From positions 1 through 43,883 of the forward strand of contig JAVVGL010000017.1 of NCBI GenBank assembly GCA_032249135.1: a stretch of 43,883 bases of DNA, read 5' to 3'. Under the pieces are notes generated by a model that did not search any database, was not told the DNA's origin, and saw nothing but the letters and a program-made list of their open reading frames with translations. Positions 31,320 through 41,209 of this stretch are shown here, piece by piece (position 1 is the stretch's first letter; each line of letters opens with the position of its first letter). The DNA comes from Candidatus Calescibacterium sp. (GTDB lineage Bacteria > Calescibacteriota > Calescibacteriia > Calescibacteriales > Calescibacteriaceae). Made by a program: the position numbers and the translations under genes.

Positions 31320-31874
31320 TCACATAAGTTCATCTTTCACATATCCTTTTTCTTTGAGAAAATTCAATATTTTTGCGACGCATTCTGGCACTGTTAGAAT
31401 ATCTGTTCTGATCTCTATATCTGGATTTTCAGGTGGTTCATATGGGTCATCAATTCCTGTGAAATTTTTGATTAAACCTTCTCTTGCTTTTTTATACATT
31501 CCTTTTACATCTCTTTCCTCGCATACTTCCAACGGTGCATTTACGAAGACTTCTATGAAGTTTTCTCCTATCATTTCTCTTGCCATTTTTCTCATCTCCC
31601 TATATGGAGATATTACAGCGACAATTGTTATAACATCATTTCTTGTAAGTAATTTTGCCACAAAGCTTACTCTCCTTATGTTCTCAAACCTATCTTCTCT
31701 TGAAAATCCTAAACCTTTTGAAATATATTCTCTTATGACATCTCCATCAAGAACTTCTACCTTGTACCCTTTTTCTTTGAGTATCTTTGAGAGCGAATTT
31801 GCTATCGTGGTTTTTCCTGAACATGGAAGCCCAGTTAACCAAATTGTCACACCTTTTGATTGCTCTTTACTCAT
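31320..31874 (-). CDS. cysC: Adenylyl-sulfate kinase
   Basis: WLTGLPCSGKTT, LDGD, LGFSREDR.ENIRR, ISPY, RDVKG.Y, FTGIDDPYE.P. Confidence 0.96.
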   Translation of the reverse strand: MSKEQSKGVTIWLTGLPCSGKTTIANSLSKILKEKGYKVEVLDGDVIREYISKGLGFSREDRFENIRRVSFVAKLLTRNDVITIVAVISPYREMRKMAREMIGENFIEVFVNAPLEVCEERDVKGMYKKAREGLIKNFTGIDDPYEPPENPDIEIRTDILTVPECVAKILNFLKEKGYVKDELM

Positions 31875-31958
31875 CTCTTTTGGAAATAAAATTCAAATTT
31901 CAAAAAATGAAATTGAAAAAAGTAAAAATTTTCAAATCTGCGTTTAAGATAGAAAACT

Positions 31959-32669
31959 ATGGGAAGGAGAGGGAAAAGGTATCTTGAGAATCTCAAACTT
32001 GTTGATAGAACTAAAAGGTATGGATTGGAAGAAGCTATATCTATTTTGAAGGAAATGAAAAGAAATTTTGATGAGACAGTAAATGTTGCGGTAAAGCTTG
32101 GGATAGATCCAAAAAGAACAGACCAAGCAGTGAGGGGAGCGGTTGTTTTGCCACATGGCGTCGGTAGAGATATCAGAGTTTTAGTTTTTGCAAAAGGGGA
32201 GAAAGCTCAAGAAGCTCGTGAGGCAGGGGCAGATATTGTTGCAGATGAGCAACTTATAAGGGAAATTGCGGAGAAAAAGGAGGCACCAGATGTTGATGTT
32301 GTTATAGCAACCCCCGATATGATGAATGAGCTCACAAAAATAGGTAAAATTTTGGGACCAAAAGGTCTTATGCCCAATCCAAAAGCTGGAACGCTAACTT
32401 ATGATGTCAAAAAAGCAGTTGAAGATGCAAAAAAAGGTAAGGTTGAATTCAGAACAGATAGAGGAGGATGCGTACATATACCAGCAGGTAAGATATCGTG
32501 GGAAGTTAGTAAGCTTGTAGAAAACATAGAAACCTTTATAAAAACTCTCAACTCTTTAAAGCCTCCAACAGCAAAGGGACAATTTATAAAGTCTGTTACA
32601 ATTTCTACTACGCACAGCCCAGGAGTCAAAATAGATGTAAATTCTATATTCAAAAAGAAGAAAAAGTAA
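31959..32669 (+). CDS. rplA: 50S ribosomal protein L1
   Basis: FDETV, LGIDP, VRGAVVLPHG.G, ATPDMM, ILGPKGLMPNPK.GT, STT.SPG. Confidence 0.97.
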   Translation: MGRRGKRYLENLKLVDRTKRYGLEEAISILKEMKRNFDETVNVAVKLGIDPKRTDQAVRGAVVLPHGVGRDIRVLVFAKGEKAQEAREAGADIVADEQLIREIAEKKEAPDVDVVIATPDMMNELTKIGKILGPKGLMPNPKAGTLTYDVKKAVEDAKKGKVEFRTDRGGCVHIPAGKISWEVSKLVENIETFIKTLNSLKPPTAKGQFIKSVTISTTHSPGVKIDVNSIFKKKKK

Positions 32670-32679
32670 AATAAAATTT

Positions 32680-33843
32680 ATGAGAAAGGGGAACTTAGAT
32701 GATGTTGTAGTAATAGGAGTTGGTTGTTCAAAATTCGGGGAAAGGCATGATAAATCATACGAAGACCTTGCAGTTGAAGCTTTTGAAGAAGCCTTACAGG
32801 ATGCTGGAATAAAAAGAGAAGATATTCAAGCAGCATGGCTTGGAACATACTTCCCCGGATTCGGTGGTGGCATGTCTGGTTCGTCTTTGGCTGATGCTCT
32901 GAAAATTTATGGGAAACCTATAACTCGTGTTGAAAATTTCTGCGCTACTGGGATGGAAGCTTTCAGAAATGCAGCTTTTTCGGTCGCAGCTGGGATTTAT
33001 GATATCGTTCTTGCCTTGGGGGTTGAAAAATTAAAAGACAGACAATCAAGAGGTCTTCCAAGAATAGATTGGCATCCACTTCTTATAAAAGGAAATACTG
33101 CCCCCGGAGTTTTTGCTCTGGCCGCAAGAAGATATATGGAAACTTTCGGAATAGATAGGAAACCACTCGCTCGGGTTGCTGTGAAGAATCATAGAAATGG
33201 GGCAAGAAATAAAAAGGCGCATTTCCAAAAAGAGATAACAGAAGAGGAAGTCCTTGCAGCTCCCATGGTGGCTTATCCTTTCGGATTATTTGATTGTTGT
33301 CCGGTCACAGATGGAGCTGCGTGCGCAATTATTGCAAGAAAAGAAGTCGCAAGAGACCTGAAAAAAGATTATATAAAAATACTGGGACTTGGACTTGCTG
33401 TCACATCAGCAAGACCTCAATTTAAACCTGACTTTGACTACATAGGTTTCCCTGCAACCAAATTAGCTGCTCAGCAGGCTTATGAAATGGCAGGAATATC
33501 ACCGCAAGATGTTGATTTTGCCGAGGTCCATGATTGTTTCACATGGACCGAGATATCTAACTATGAAGATTTGGGGTTTGCTGAAAAAGGGCAAGGATGG
33601 AAACTTATCATGAATGGAGATACTTTTGTTGACGGAAAAATTCCTGTAAATCCATCGGGTGGTCTTAAATCGTTTGGACACCCGATCGGAGCTTCTGGTT
33701 TGAGAATGATATATGAAGTTGTAAATCAGCTCAGAGGAAAAGTTGAGAAAGAAAGACAAGTAAGAATAAAAAGAGGGATAGGTCTTGCACATAATCTTGG
33801 AGGTCCCGGATCAGTTGCATCTGTAACAATTTTAGGAATATAA
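32680..33843 (+). CDS. SCP-x-type thiolase (acetyl-CoA acetyltransferase family)
   Basis: RVENFCATG, DCCPVTDGAA, EVHDCFT, NPSGGLKSFGHPIGASG, HNLGG. Confidence 0.92.
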   Translation: MRKGNLDDVVVIGVGCSKFGERHDKSYEDLAVEAFEEALQDAGIKREDIQAAWLGTYFPGFGGGMSGSSLADALKIYGKPITRVENFCATGMEAFRNAAFSVAAGIYDIVLALGVEKLKDRQSRGLPRIDWHPLLIKGNTAPGVFALAARRYMETFGIDRKPLARVAVKNHRNGARNKKAHFQKEITEEEVLAAPMVAYPFGLFDCCPVTDGAACAIIARKEVARDLKKDYIKILGLGLAVTSARPQFKPDFDYIGFPATKLAAQQAYEMAGISPQDVDFAEVHDCFTWTEISNYEDLGFAEKGQGWKLIMNGDTFVDGKIPVNPSGGLKSFGHPIGASGLRMIYEVVNQLRGKVEKERQVRIKRGIGLAHNLGGPGSVASVTILGI

Positions 33844-33868
33844 ACTTCTCCGGCTTGATCAAAGCTGT

Positions 33869-33897
33869 TTGAAAAAATAAAAAATCCATTTTATAGT
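33869..33897 (+). promoter_or_regulatory. Putative sigma70 promoter TTGAAA-17 bp-TATAGT
   Basis: TTGAAA at 33869-33874 and TATAGT at 33892-33897, upstream of the sigma54 activator. An alternative TGnTAGATT lies at 33897-33905. Confidence 0.5.
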
Positions 33898-33913
33898 GTT
33901 AGATTTTTGATGT

Positions 33914-35218
33914 ATGGGAAAATTTTCGGGTTTGCAAATTGATTGTAGATTCCTTGATGTACTCTCAGATGCAATACTCATATATGATAATGAATTTTCT
34001 GTTCTTTACGCTTCTTTACCGGCGGCAGAAGTTCTGGGTATTCCCCGGGAGGAGATAATGGCAAAAAATTGCAAAGAAATTTTTGGTGAAGATTTCTCCG
34101 ACGATTTAAAACCAGAAACAGTTCTTGAAGTTAAAATATCAGAAGACAAAAGGAAGGTCAAAGTCACAAGGGTACAAACCCCTGATGACCTTAATATTCT
34201 TATAATTTCTCCTGGTCCATCCTTTCAAGACACGGATGTTTTTTGCGGTATAGTTGGCGTTAGCGAAAAAATGAGGGAAGTTTTTGAGAAAATAAAAATT
34301 GCTTCTCAAACTGACTCTCCTGTTCTCATAACGGGGGAAACTGGTACTGGAAAAGAGCTTGTAGCAGAGGCTATACATAATCTCTCCCGGAGAGCCGGAA
34401 AACCTCTGGTGAAGGTAAATTGTTCTGCACTTCCTGAGAATCTATTGGAAAGCGAACTTTTCGGTTATAAAAAAGGAGCTTTTACAGGAGCAGAAAAAGA
34501 TAAACCCGGAAAATTTGAGGTAGCTGATGGCGGAACTTTGTTTTTAGATGAAATCGGAGACCTATCTTTATCTTTGCAACCGAAGATACTCAGAGCAATA
34601 GAGAAAGGAGAAATAGAAAAGCTTGGCGACACAAAAGTATCGCGTGTTGATGTCAGAGTTATATCTGCGACGAACAAAAATATAGAAGAAGAGGTTTCAA
34701 AGGGGAATTTCAGATCTGACCTATATTTTAGGCTTTCTGTTTTCAGAATCCATATCCCTCCCTTGCGAGAAAGAAAAGAAGACATAATACCTCTTGCTGA
34801 GTTTTTTATTGAGAAGCTGAACAAAAAATATGGTTTAGGGAAAAAATTTCTGACAAAAAGAGCTATTCAGGAGCTTCTTGAATGGAACTACCCAGGAAAT
34901 GTCAGGGAACTTGAAAATATCTTGGAAAGAGCTTACCTTATGTCAAAATCAAAAAACATAAGTGAAGATGTTATAGTTGAACATAAGAGAATTTCAAAAC
35001 CATTCATTTCTTCAAGTTTAAACTCTTCAAATTTGAACTCTGTTTTTTTTAAATTTGATGGAGAACAAAAGGTAAAAAGTAAGTCTGAAATAGAGAAGGA
35101 AAGCATTTATGAAGCACTTTTGAAGTTCCGCTCCATTTCCGAAGCCGCAAAGAACCTTAACATGAGCAGGGTAACACTGTGGAGAAAAATGAAAAAGTAT
35201 GGCATAAACTGGAGGTAA
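33914..35218 (+). CDS. PAS-domain sigma54-dependent transcriptional activator (Fis-type HTH)
   Basis: N-terminal PAS-like region, GETGTGKE, ESELFG, GAFTGA, FLDEIGD, PGNVREL, C-terminal SR.TLWRK HTH. Confidence 0.95.
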   Translation: MGKFSGLQIDCRFLDVLSDAILIYDNEFSVLYASLPAAEVLGIPREEIMAKNCKEIFGEDFSDDLKPETVLEVKISEDKRKVKVTRVQTPDDLNILIISPGPSFQDTDVFCGIVGVSEKMREVFEKIKIASQTDSPVLITGETGTGKELVAEAIHNLSRRAGKPLVKVNCSALPENLLESELFGYKKGAFTGAEKDKPGKFEVADGGTLFLDEIGDLSLSLQPKILRAIEKGEIEKLGDTKVSRVDVRVISATNKNIEEEVSKGNFRSDLYFRLSVFRIHIPPLRERKEDIIPLAEFFIEKLNKKYGLGKKFLTKRAIQELLEWNYPGNVRELENILERAYLMSKSKNISEDVIVEHKRISKPFISSSLNSSNLNSVFFKFDGEQKVKSKSEIEKESIYEALLKFRSISEAAKNLNMSRVTLWRKMKKYGINWR

Positions 35219-35222
35219 AACA

Positions 35223-35897
35223 GTGAAGATTTTTCCACCGGTTATAATTTTTCTTCTTGCAATGTGTGGTGTAGGAAGTTATCTTGCTTTATTTATTGCT
35301 CCACCTGATAAACTTCAAAGTGATGCTCAAAGAATAATGTATATTCATGTTCCAAGCGCGTGGGTTGGGCTTTCTTTTATAATAATAAGTGGATTTTTTT
35401 CCCTTGTTTATGTTCTCAAAAGGAGGAATTGGGCTGATTTCATCGCATGGTCATTTGCAAAAGTAGGAGCTGTTTTTACAGCTCTCGCTCTTCTCACAGG
35501 TTCTATATGGGGGAGACCAATCTGGGGTGTATGGTGGGTCTGGGAAGCTCGCCTTACTACAACTTTGATTTTGTTCTTAATTTATGTAGCGTATCTTATG
35601 CTTGGCATTGATGAGAAAACAAGGGAGAAAACAAAAAGATTAAGAGCTGTCTTTGCTATTGTAGGTTCCGCAAATGTTCCTCTGGTTTGGTTTTCTGTAA
35701 AAATATGGAGAACTTTACATCAGCAGTATTCAATAATAGGTGACGGAAAATCTTCTATTCATCCAGAGATGCTTAAAGTTTTACTTTTCAATATTTTTGT
35801 TGTTTTTCTTTTCGCAGTCTTTGTTGCATTTTTTGATGGTGTGAAAAGCTATTCTAAAAACCTCTCCCAAGGTCATCAACCAAAGATATTACCTTAG
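35223..35897 (+). CDS. ccmC: Heme exporter protein C (cytochrome c maturation System I)
   Basis: RIMYIHVPSAW, WWD-type motif TGSIWGRPIWGVWWVWEARLT, W.TLHQ. GGAGG RBS. Confidence 0.92.
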   Translation: MKIFPPVIIFLLAMCGVGSYLALFIAPPDKLQSDAQRIMYIHVPSAWVGLSFIIISGFFSLVYVLKRRNWADFIAWSFAKVGAVFTALALLTGSIWGRPIWGVWWVWEARLTTTLILFLIYVAYLMLGIDEKTREKTKRLRAVFAIVGSANVPLVWFSVKIWRTLHQQYSIIGDGKSSIHPEMLKVLLFNIFVVFLFAVFVAFFDGVKSYSKNLSQGHQPKILP

Positions 35898-36885
35898 AGA
35901 AATTTAGGATAAAATCAAAGCTTTCATTTGCTGCTGAAATGTAATCTTTTAGGATTTGGGCGGCTCGTTTGTAATCTCCCCTTGCGAATAGTATTTCTCC
36001 AAGCCTTTTTGAAGCTGGCCACATAAACATATCATTTTCTATGCAGGTTGAGAGTAAATCCATCTCATTTTCTGAAAAATCTCTGTAAAACTGTGATGTA
36101 AGAAAAAGTTTCACGCTTTCATCCCTTGCCTTTGATGTTCCGGGCAAAGCTAATTTCAGCACTTCTGCTACTTTTTTTATTCTTTTATCCTCTAAGAGCT
36201 CCTTTTCATCTGTAAACTCCGGTCCCTTTTTCGCTACAAACCTTAATATATAAGATATACCCTCATGGATTTTTCCTTGCGATATACTCTGTGTACCGAG
36301 GTTTAACCATTTATCCGCCTCTTCTGGTGAAAAAATAATTTCTTCCAAATTTACCCTCCCTCCTGTTGCAGAAAGTATTTTGGATATTTTTGAGATTACA
36401 TCTTGACTGAAATTGTACTTTATTGGATTGAATTTTGATTCCGGTCTTGCACTTCCTGCAATATATAATCTCATTATCCGAGAAATATATGTTTTCATTT
36501 CATAGATTAACTCTGGCAAAAATGCAAAAGAAAAACTTTCAATAAGTGAGTATTTTTCTCCTCTCAACAAATTATTTCCTTCCTTTGATAATATGTTCAT
36601 ATAAAATATTATTCTTTTTCCGTCTTTTGATTTTTTGAAAGATGATATTGCAACGAAATCTGAATCCGGGAAATTTTTTGTATCTTCAATTAGCTCAACT
36701 TTGAATTTTCCTTCCTTTTTTACCTCGAGTAAAAATGCCCTCCCAAATGTTCTTGAAACCCATTCTATATCTTTATCTCCGCTTATGTTCCGGGGTAATA
36801 GTATGGAGACGGTCTGAGAACTTGCTTCTCCATAAAATATAAAAATGAAAATTAGAAAAATTAAAATGAATCTAACAATCATCAT
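35854..36885 (-). CDS. Exported hypothetical protein with C-terminal TPR-like helices
   Basis: Signal peptide, an N-terminal alpha/beta segment, and LGEILFARGDYKRAAQ TPR-like repeat. Overlaps the ccmC 3' end by 44 bp. Confidence 0.7.
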   Translation of the reverse strand: MMIVRFILIFLIFIFIFYGEASSQTVSILLPRNISGDKDIEWVSRTFGRAFLLEVKKEGKFKVELIEDTKNFPDSDFVAISSFKKSKDGKRIIFYMNILSKEGNNLLRGEKYSLIESFSFAFLPELIYEMKTYISRIMRLYIAGSARPESKFNPIKYNFSQDVISKISKILSATGGRVNLEEIIFSPEEADKWLNLGTQSISQGKIHEGISYILRFVAKKGPEFTDEKELLEDKRIKKVAEVLKLALPGTSKARDESVKLFLTSQFYRDFSENEMDLLSTCIENDMFMWPASKRLGEILFARGDYKRAAQILKDYISAANESFDFILNFSKVISLVDDLGRGF

Positions 36886-36925
36886 ATCAACTAAATAAAA
36901 ATTTAAAAATTTTTCTTTTGCTACT

Positions 36926-37921
36926 ATGGATATTGGAAATTTTGATCTAACTTATAATTTTGTTCAGAGACACTACTTGGTTTTTGTATTTGTTTTTGCT
37001 TTGATTTTTGATTTGTTTTTTGGGGAACCTCATAGATTTTTTCATCCAGTTGTAATCACAGGGAAAGCGGTGGAGAAATTAGATTCTCTTATAAAAAGAG
37101 GGAATAGGTTTTTTGAATTTTTTGGCGGATTTTTAGTTTTAGTTTTGGGAATTTGCGTTTACCTTTTACCTTATCTTCTTATAAAGAAAGCACTCAATTT
37201 TTTTCATAATTCAAATCAGATTTTCTTTTTTGTTCTGGTTTTTGCTTTTGACATTTTTTTTCTCAAATCAACTTTTGCTATCAAATCTTTAAAAGATCAT
37301 GCTTTTGATGTTTTTTCTGCTCTTTCATCAAATGATTTAGTTTTAGCGCGGAAAAATGTAGGGAAAATGGTAAGTAGAGATGTGAGCAATTTAGAAAAAC
37401 CTCATATAATTTCCGCTTCTGTTGAGAGCGTTGCCGAAAATCTTGTAGATAGCATAATAGCTCCTCTTTTTTTCTTCTCCGTAGGTGGGATAGAGCTTGC
37501 GATAGTTTATAGAGTTGTAAACACTCTTGACGCCATGGTCGGCTATAAAAACGAAAAATATAGATTTGTAGGATTTATATCAGCAAAGTTTGATGATATA
37601 CTTTCTTTCATACCTGCAAGAATATCTTTTGCTTTTATTTTAGCGGCAGCTTTTATTTTGCGAAAAAATATAAAAGATATTATAAAAACATTTTTGAGGT
37701 TTAGAAGAGCAACACAAAGTCCGAATTCTTACATACCAATTACAGCATTCAGCGGAGCTTTGAAAATTAAGCTTGAAAAGATAAATTATTATTCAATTGG
37801 TGATTTTGAATTGCCCAAAAGCGAAAATAAGATAAAAGAAGCAATCCAACTTATGCTAACCTCTGCTTTATTATTTTCAATTTTCTTTGTTATACCATCT
37901 AAACTGTTATTATTCCATTAA
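36926..37921 (+). CDS. cbiB: Adenosylcobinamide-phosphate synthase CbiB/CobD
   Basis: D..FGEP...HPVV, MVSRD, ESVAEN..D.IIAPLF, YR.VNTLDAMVGY, DD...FIPARI, SPNS. Confidence 0.93.
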   Translation: MDIGNFDLTYNFVQRHYLVFVFVFALIFDLFFGEPHRFFHPVVITGKAVEKLDSLIKRGNRFFEFFGGFLVLVLGICVYLLPYLLIKKALNFFHNSNQIFFFVLVFAFDIFFLKSTFAIKSLKDHAFDVFSALSSNDLVLARKNVGKMVSRDVSNLEKPHIISASVESVAENLVDSIIAPLFFFSVGGIELAIVYRVVNTLDAMVGYKNEKYRFVGFISAKFDDILSFIPARISFAFILAAAFILRKNIKDIIKTFLRFRRATQSPNSYIPITAFSGALKIKLEKINYYSIGDFELPKSENKIKEAIQLMLTSALLFSIFFVIPSKLLLFH

Positions 37922-39391
37922 TGTTTTTCTGTTAAATTTTTTCAAAGCTCCGAGCAAAACAAGAGAAGATATTAGAACTATTCCTCCAAATATTAAAAGC
38001 GAACTTACTTTTGGGATTTTGAGGTAATTTGGAAGATAAAAAATGCTTGAAATAAAGATAATAACTAATGCAGGGAATGAAACTAAAAAACCCATGAGAA
38101 CTTCTCTGAAAATTTTTTTGTTATCAGATTTTGCTATGAGAAAAATCATAGATATAAAAGATGATATTGATGAAGCAAGTGCTATTCCCTTGTGTTTTAG
38201 ATGTTCAACTAAAATCAGGCAGAAAACAGCATTTACAAGAAAAGCTATTATACCTGATATAACTGGAATTTTGAGCTGTCCTGACGCTTGAAAATCTGTT
38301 ATAAATATTCTTGAAATTGCAACCGCTATAAGTCCCACCGAATACATAACGAGAGCTTCCGCTGTTCCGATAACATCTTCAAAAACAAATTTTCCGTATC
38401 CAAAAACAAAGTATATTATAGGTTTTGAAAATAAAATCAATCCAGCTGTTGCTGGTATGACGATGGCTGTTGAGAAAAAAATCGCTCTTGAAAAACTTTC
38501 TTTTCTTGATTTCCCCCCTTCCGCCATAAAAGGCAAAGATACATAAGAAATTGAGTATACAAAAACTCCGAGAGGGAATTCAAAAAATCTCATAGCGTAT
38601 GTGAGAAATGATATTGTTTTTTCCCCACCAAAAGACGCTATTGCTCGTGATACAAGGAAATTTATTTGATACACCGCTCCTCCTGCAATTACCGGTAGAA
38701 GAGCATCCCATATTCTTTTTGAGTATTCATTGGAATTAAAAGATATTTTTGGCTTTATAATTTTCAAAATAGGGAAAATTTGTATTATTATTTGGATTAC
38801 CACACCTACCATTACTCCTACAACAAAACCCAAGTCTTCTCTTTTTATCTTTGAGAAAATCAGCATGAATATGATGACTGCCAAGTTGAATATGCTCATC
38901 GTTGCCGCTGGAACTCCGAAAATGTGAAATGCGTTCAAGAACGCAGAAAGCACTGTTGCACAAGATATAAACAGAAGATAGAAAGATAAAGACGCAGTAA
39001 AAAATGACGCCAACCTTTTTCCTTCGGGAGAAAATCCTGGCGAAAGTATATGTGGTATAACGGGTGAGAGTATAAAAATCAGTAAAGATAAGATTCCAGT
39101 TATTATGATAATTTGCCCCATAACAGATGCGAAGGCTTTTTCTTCTTCTTTTTTTTCTTTTGCTTTTGTGAATGCCGGAACAAATGCAGGTGCTACGAGT
39201 CCCTCAGCGAAAAATCTCCTGAAAGTGTTCGGGATTGACCATCCAACAAATAATGCATCAGTTATGTAGCTTGCCCCCAAAAAGAAAGCCGTTGCCATTT
39301 CCCTCAAAAGTCCGGTTACTCTGCTCAAAAGAATGAAGAAAGAAACTATACCAAAACCCTTCAAAAATTTTTTTGATTTATCCACATCCAT
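37910..39391 (-). CDS. murJ: Lipid II flippase MurJ (MviN)
   Basis: LLSRVTGLLRE, DA......IPNTFRRFFAEG, AFVP, L.YA.R..EFPLG, GIALASSI. Confidence 0.93.
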   Translation of the reverse strand: MDVDKSKKFLKGFGIVSFFILLSRVTGLLREMATAFFLGASYITDALFVGWSIPNTFRRFFAEGLVAPAFVPAFTKAKEKKEEEKAFASVMGQIIIITGILSLLIFILSPVIPHILSPGFSPEGKRLASFFTASLSFYLLFISCATVLSAFLNAFHIFGVPAATMSIFNLAVIIFMLIFSKIKREDLGFVVGVMVGVVIQIIIQIFPILKIIKPKISFNSNEYSKRIWDALLPVIAGGAVYQINFLVSRAIASFGGEKTISFLTYAMRFFEFPLGVFVYSISYVSLPFMAEGGKSRKESFSRAIFFSTAIVIPATAGLILFSKPIIYFVFGYGKFVFEDVIGTAEALVMYSVGLIAVAISRIFITDFQASGQLKIPVISGIIAFLVNAVFCLILVEHLKHKGIALASSISSFISMIFLIAKSDNKKIFREVLMGFLVSFPALVIIFISSIFYLPNYLKIPKVSSLLIFGGIVLISSLVLLGALKKFNRKTLME

Positions 39392-39447
39392 ATTATTTTC
39401 GCTTTCCCTTATTTTTTTGTTCTTTATTCATTTTTTATTCAAATTTT

Positions 39448-40650
39448 TTATTCAAATAGAGCCTTTATGAATGCTTTTGTTTTTGTTATACTTTCATCCC
39501 ACTCCTGATACGGATCAGAGTCATATGTTATTCCACAACCTGTCCAATAGAAGAGTTTATTTTTCAATGCAAGAAAAATTCTTATTGCAACTGACATAAC
39601 AAAATCTCCGTTTTCTTTAAAGTAGCAAATTGCACCACAGTACGGTCCTCTTCTTTTTTCTTCAAGTCTTTCTATTATCTCCATCGCAGATTTTTTAGGA
39701 GCTCCTGTTACAGATGCAGGAGGGAAAGTTGCAAGGAGTATTTCATCTAAATTTTCCGTTTTGAGTTCTCCCTCAACTTCTGAAACAAGATGAATTAGCG
39801 TTGTATATTTTTCTACATCAAACAATCTTTTTACTTTCACAGTTCCGGGGAGACATATTCTTCCGAGATCGTTTCTAACCATATCAACTATCATCAAGTT
39901 TTCTGCTCTTTCTTTTTCGCTGTTTTTTAGTTCTTGAATTATTTTTTGTTGTTCCATTTTGTCGTTATCTTTTGTTTCATCATTGTAACCATTTGATTTA
40001 TTTATTAATTTTTTATATTCTAATCTTCTTGTACCTTTTATTGGGCATTCCCTTATTTTTTTTCCTTTTTTCTCCAAAAAAAGTTCCATAGAACCACTTG
40101 CGAGCACAAAACCTAAATTTGAAAAGTCAAAAAACGCTGGATAAGGAACAGGTTGCACTTTATAGTATCTTAAAAATATTGCTAATGCTTCATCACTTTT
40201 TATATCTTCTTTGCTTTCAAACTCAATTCTTCGCGATAAATTTACTTGATATACATTTCCTTTGAAGATCTCATCCTTTATTTTAAGGACTTGTGATATG
40301 AATTTTTCCTTTTCATATTCGTGATCTATTGTGATTTTCAAGATTGAAGTCTTTTGAGGCAAAAGAGAGAAATTGAATTCTTTCTTGCCTTTTACAATTG
40401 ATATTACTGCATCAGGTATTTTCAGGTCATCCTCGCATATATTAATTTTCTCAACGAACCTTGAAAGGTTATAAGATATATATCCTACCTTTTCTCCTTC
40501 AAATTCTTTTACAAATTCAGATATTATTGAGAAGGGATTTCCTTTTCTAAAAAACTTTTTTTGTGAGTTTTCAAGAATGAAAGATTTTTCACCTTCAACA
40601 ACTAATGTTTGTTCGACTTTGCTCCACAAGTTTTTACCAAAAATCATCAT
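39448..40650 (-). CDS. pabB: Aminodeoxychorismate synthase component I (chorismate-binding family)
   Basis: YQVNLS, S.ELF, PIKGT (PabB signature), KERAENLMIVDMVRNDLGR, FP..SVTGAPK, RG.YCG. Confidence 0.85.
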   Translation of the reverse strand: MMIFGKNLWSKVEQTLVVEGEKSFILENSQKKFFRKGNPFSIISEFVKEFEGEKVGYISYNLSRFVEKINICEDDLKIPDAVISIVKGKKEFNFSLLPQKTSILKITIDHEYEKEKFISQVLKIKDEIFKGNVYQVNLSRRIEFESKEDIKSDEALAIFLRYYKVQPVPYPAFFDFSNLGFVLASGSMELFLEKKGKKIRECPIKGTRRLEYKKLINKSNGYNDETKDNDKMEQQKIIQELKNSEKERAENLMIVDMVRNDLGRICLPGTVKVKRLFDVEKYTTLIHLVSEVEGELKTENLDEILLATFPPASVTGAPKKSAMEIIERLEEKRRGPYCGAICYFKENGDFVMSVAIRIFLALKNKLFYWTGCGITYDSDPYQEWDESITKTKAFIKALFE

Positions 40651-40726
40651 TATTTTTTAATTTTTTCTTTATTATTTTTTGCTATTTCTTTTTTTCATCA
40701 ACTTTTACTTTATATCAACTTTTATT

Positions 40727-41209
40727 TTATCTGAAGCACATTTTTTGTATTTGAGAAATTACTTTGTGTATTATTTTTCTTTCTATTGTAAGTTTTGATT
40801 TTGATACTGAAAGAGTGTAATCACGAGGATTTGACGATAAAAATATCTCGTGGGCAGAAAACTTACCAGAAAAATCCTTTTCATCCTCACATATTACCCT
40901 ATATTCCACATCTACCTTTATCTTGTAGGTTTTTGGGTTGCCATGTTGATCAAAAAACTGAGGTGATTCTTCATATCTTGTAATCACTACTTCTGCTTTT
41001 GCCTTGTTTGATTGAGATTTTTCTTTGTTTTTATCCCGATCTTCCTCTCCTACAACAAATTTTTTTTCTATTGCCCATGTTGAGTAGCTTTTTATGAATA
41101 TTTCCGCATTTATCTCTTGCTTTTTCAAGCAGAAAGTAATTTGAAAAGCAGAAAGGGGAAAAAGAGAGAAGATAAATAAGAAACATCGCTGAGTAATTTT
41201 ATTCTTCAT
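40727..41209 (-). CDS. LptE-like exported protein
   Basis: Signal region with a Cys; I.RYEESP..FD..G....Y.I.V.VEY strand pattern and a C-terminal helix, as in LptE-family proteins. Confidence 0.45.
   Translation of the reverse strand: MKNKITQRCFLFIFSLFPLSAFQITFCLKKQEINAEIFIKSYSTWAIEKKFVVGEEDRDKNKEKSQSNKAKAEVVITRYEESPQFFDQHGNPKTYKIKVDVEYRVICEDEKDFSGKFSAHEIFLSSNPRDYTLSVSKSKLTIERKIIHKVISQIQKMCFR

Noticed and set aside
31306-31947. 213-aa plus-strand ORF
   Set aside because: Antisense shadow of cysC with no recognisable motifs.
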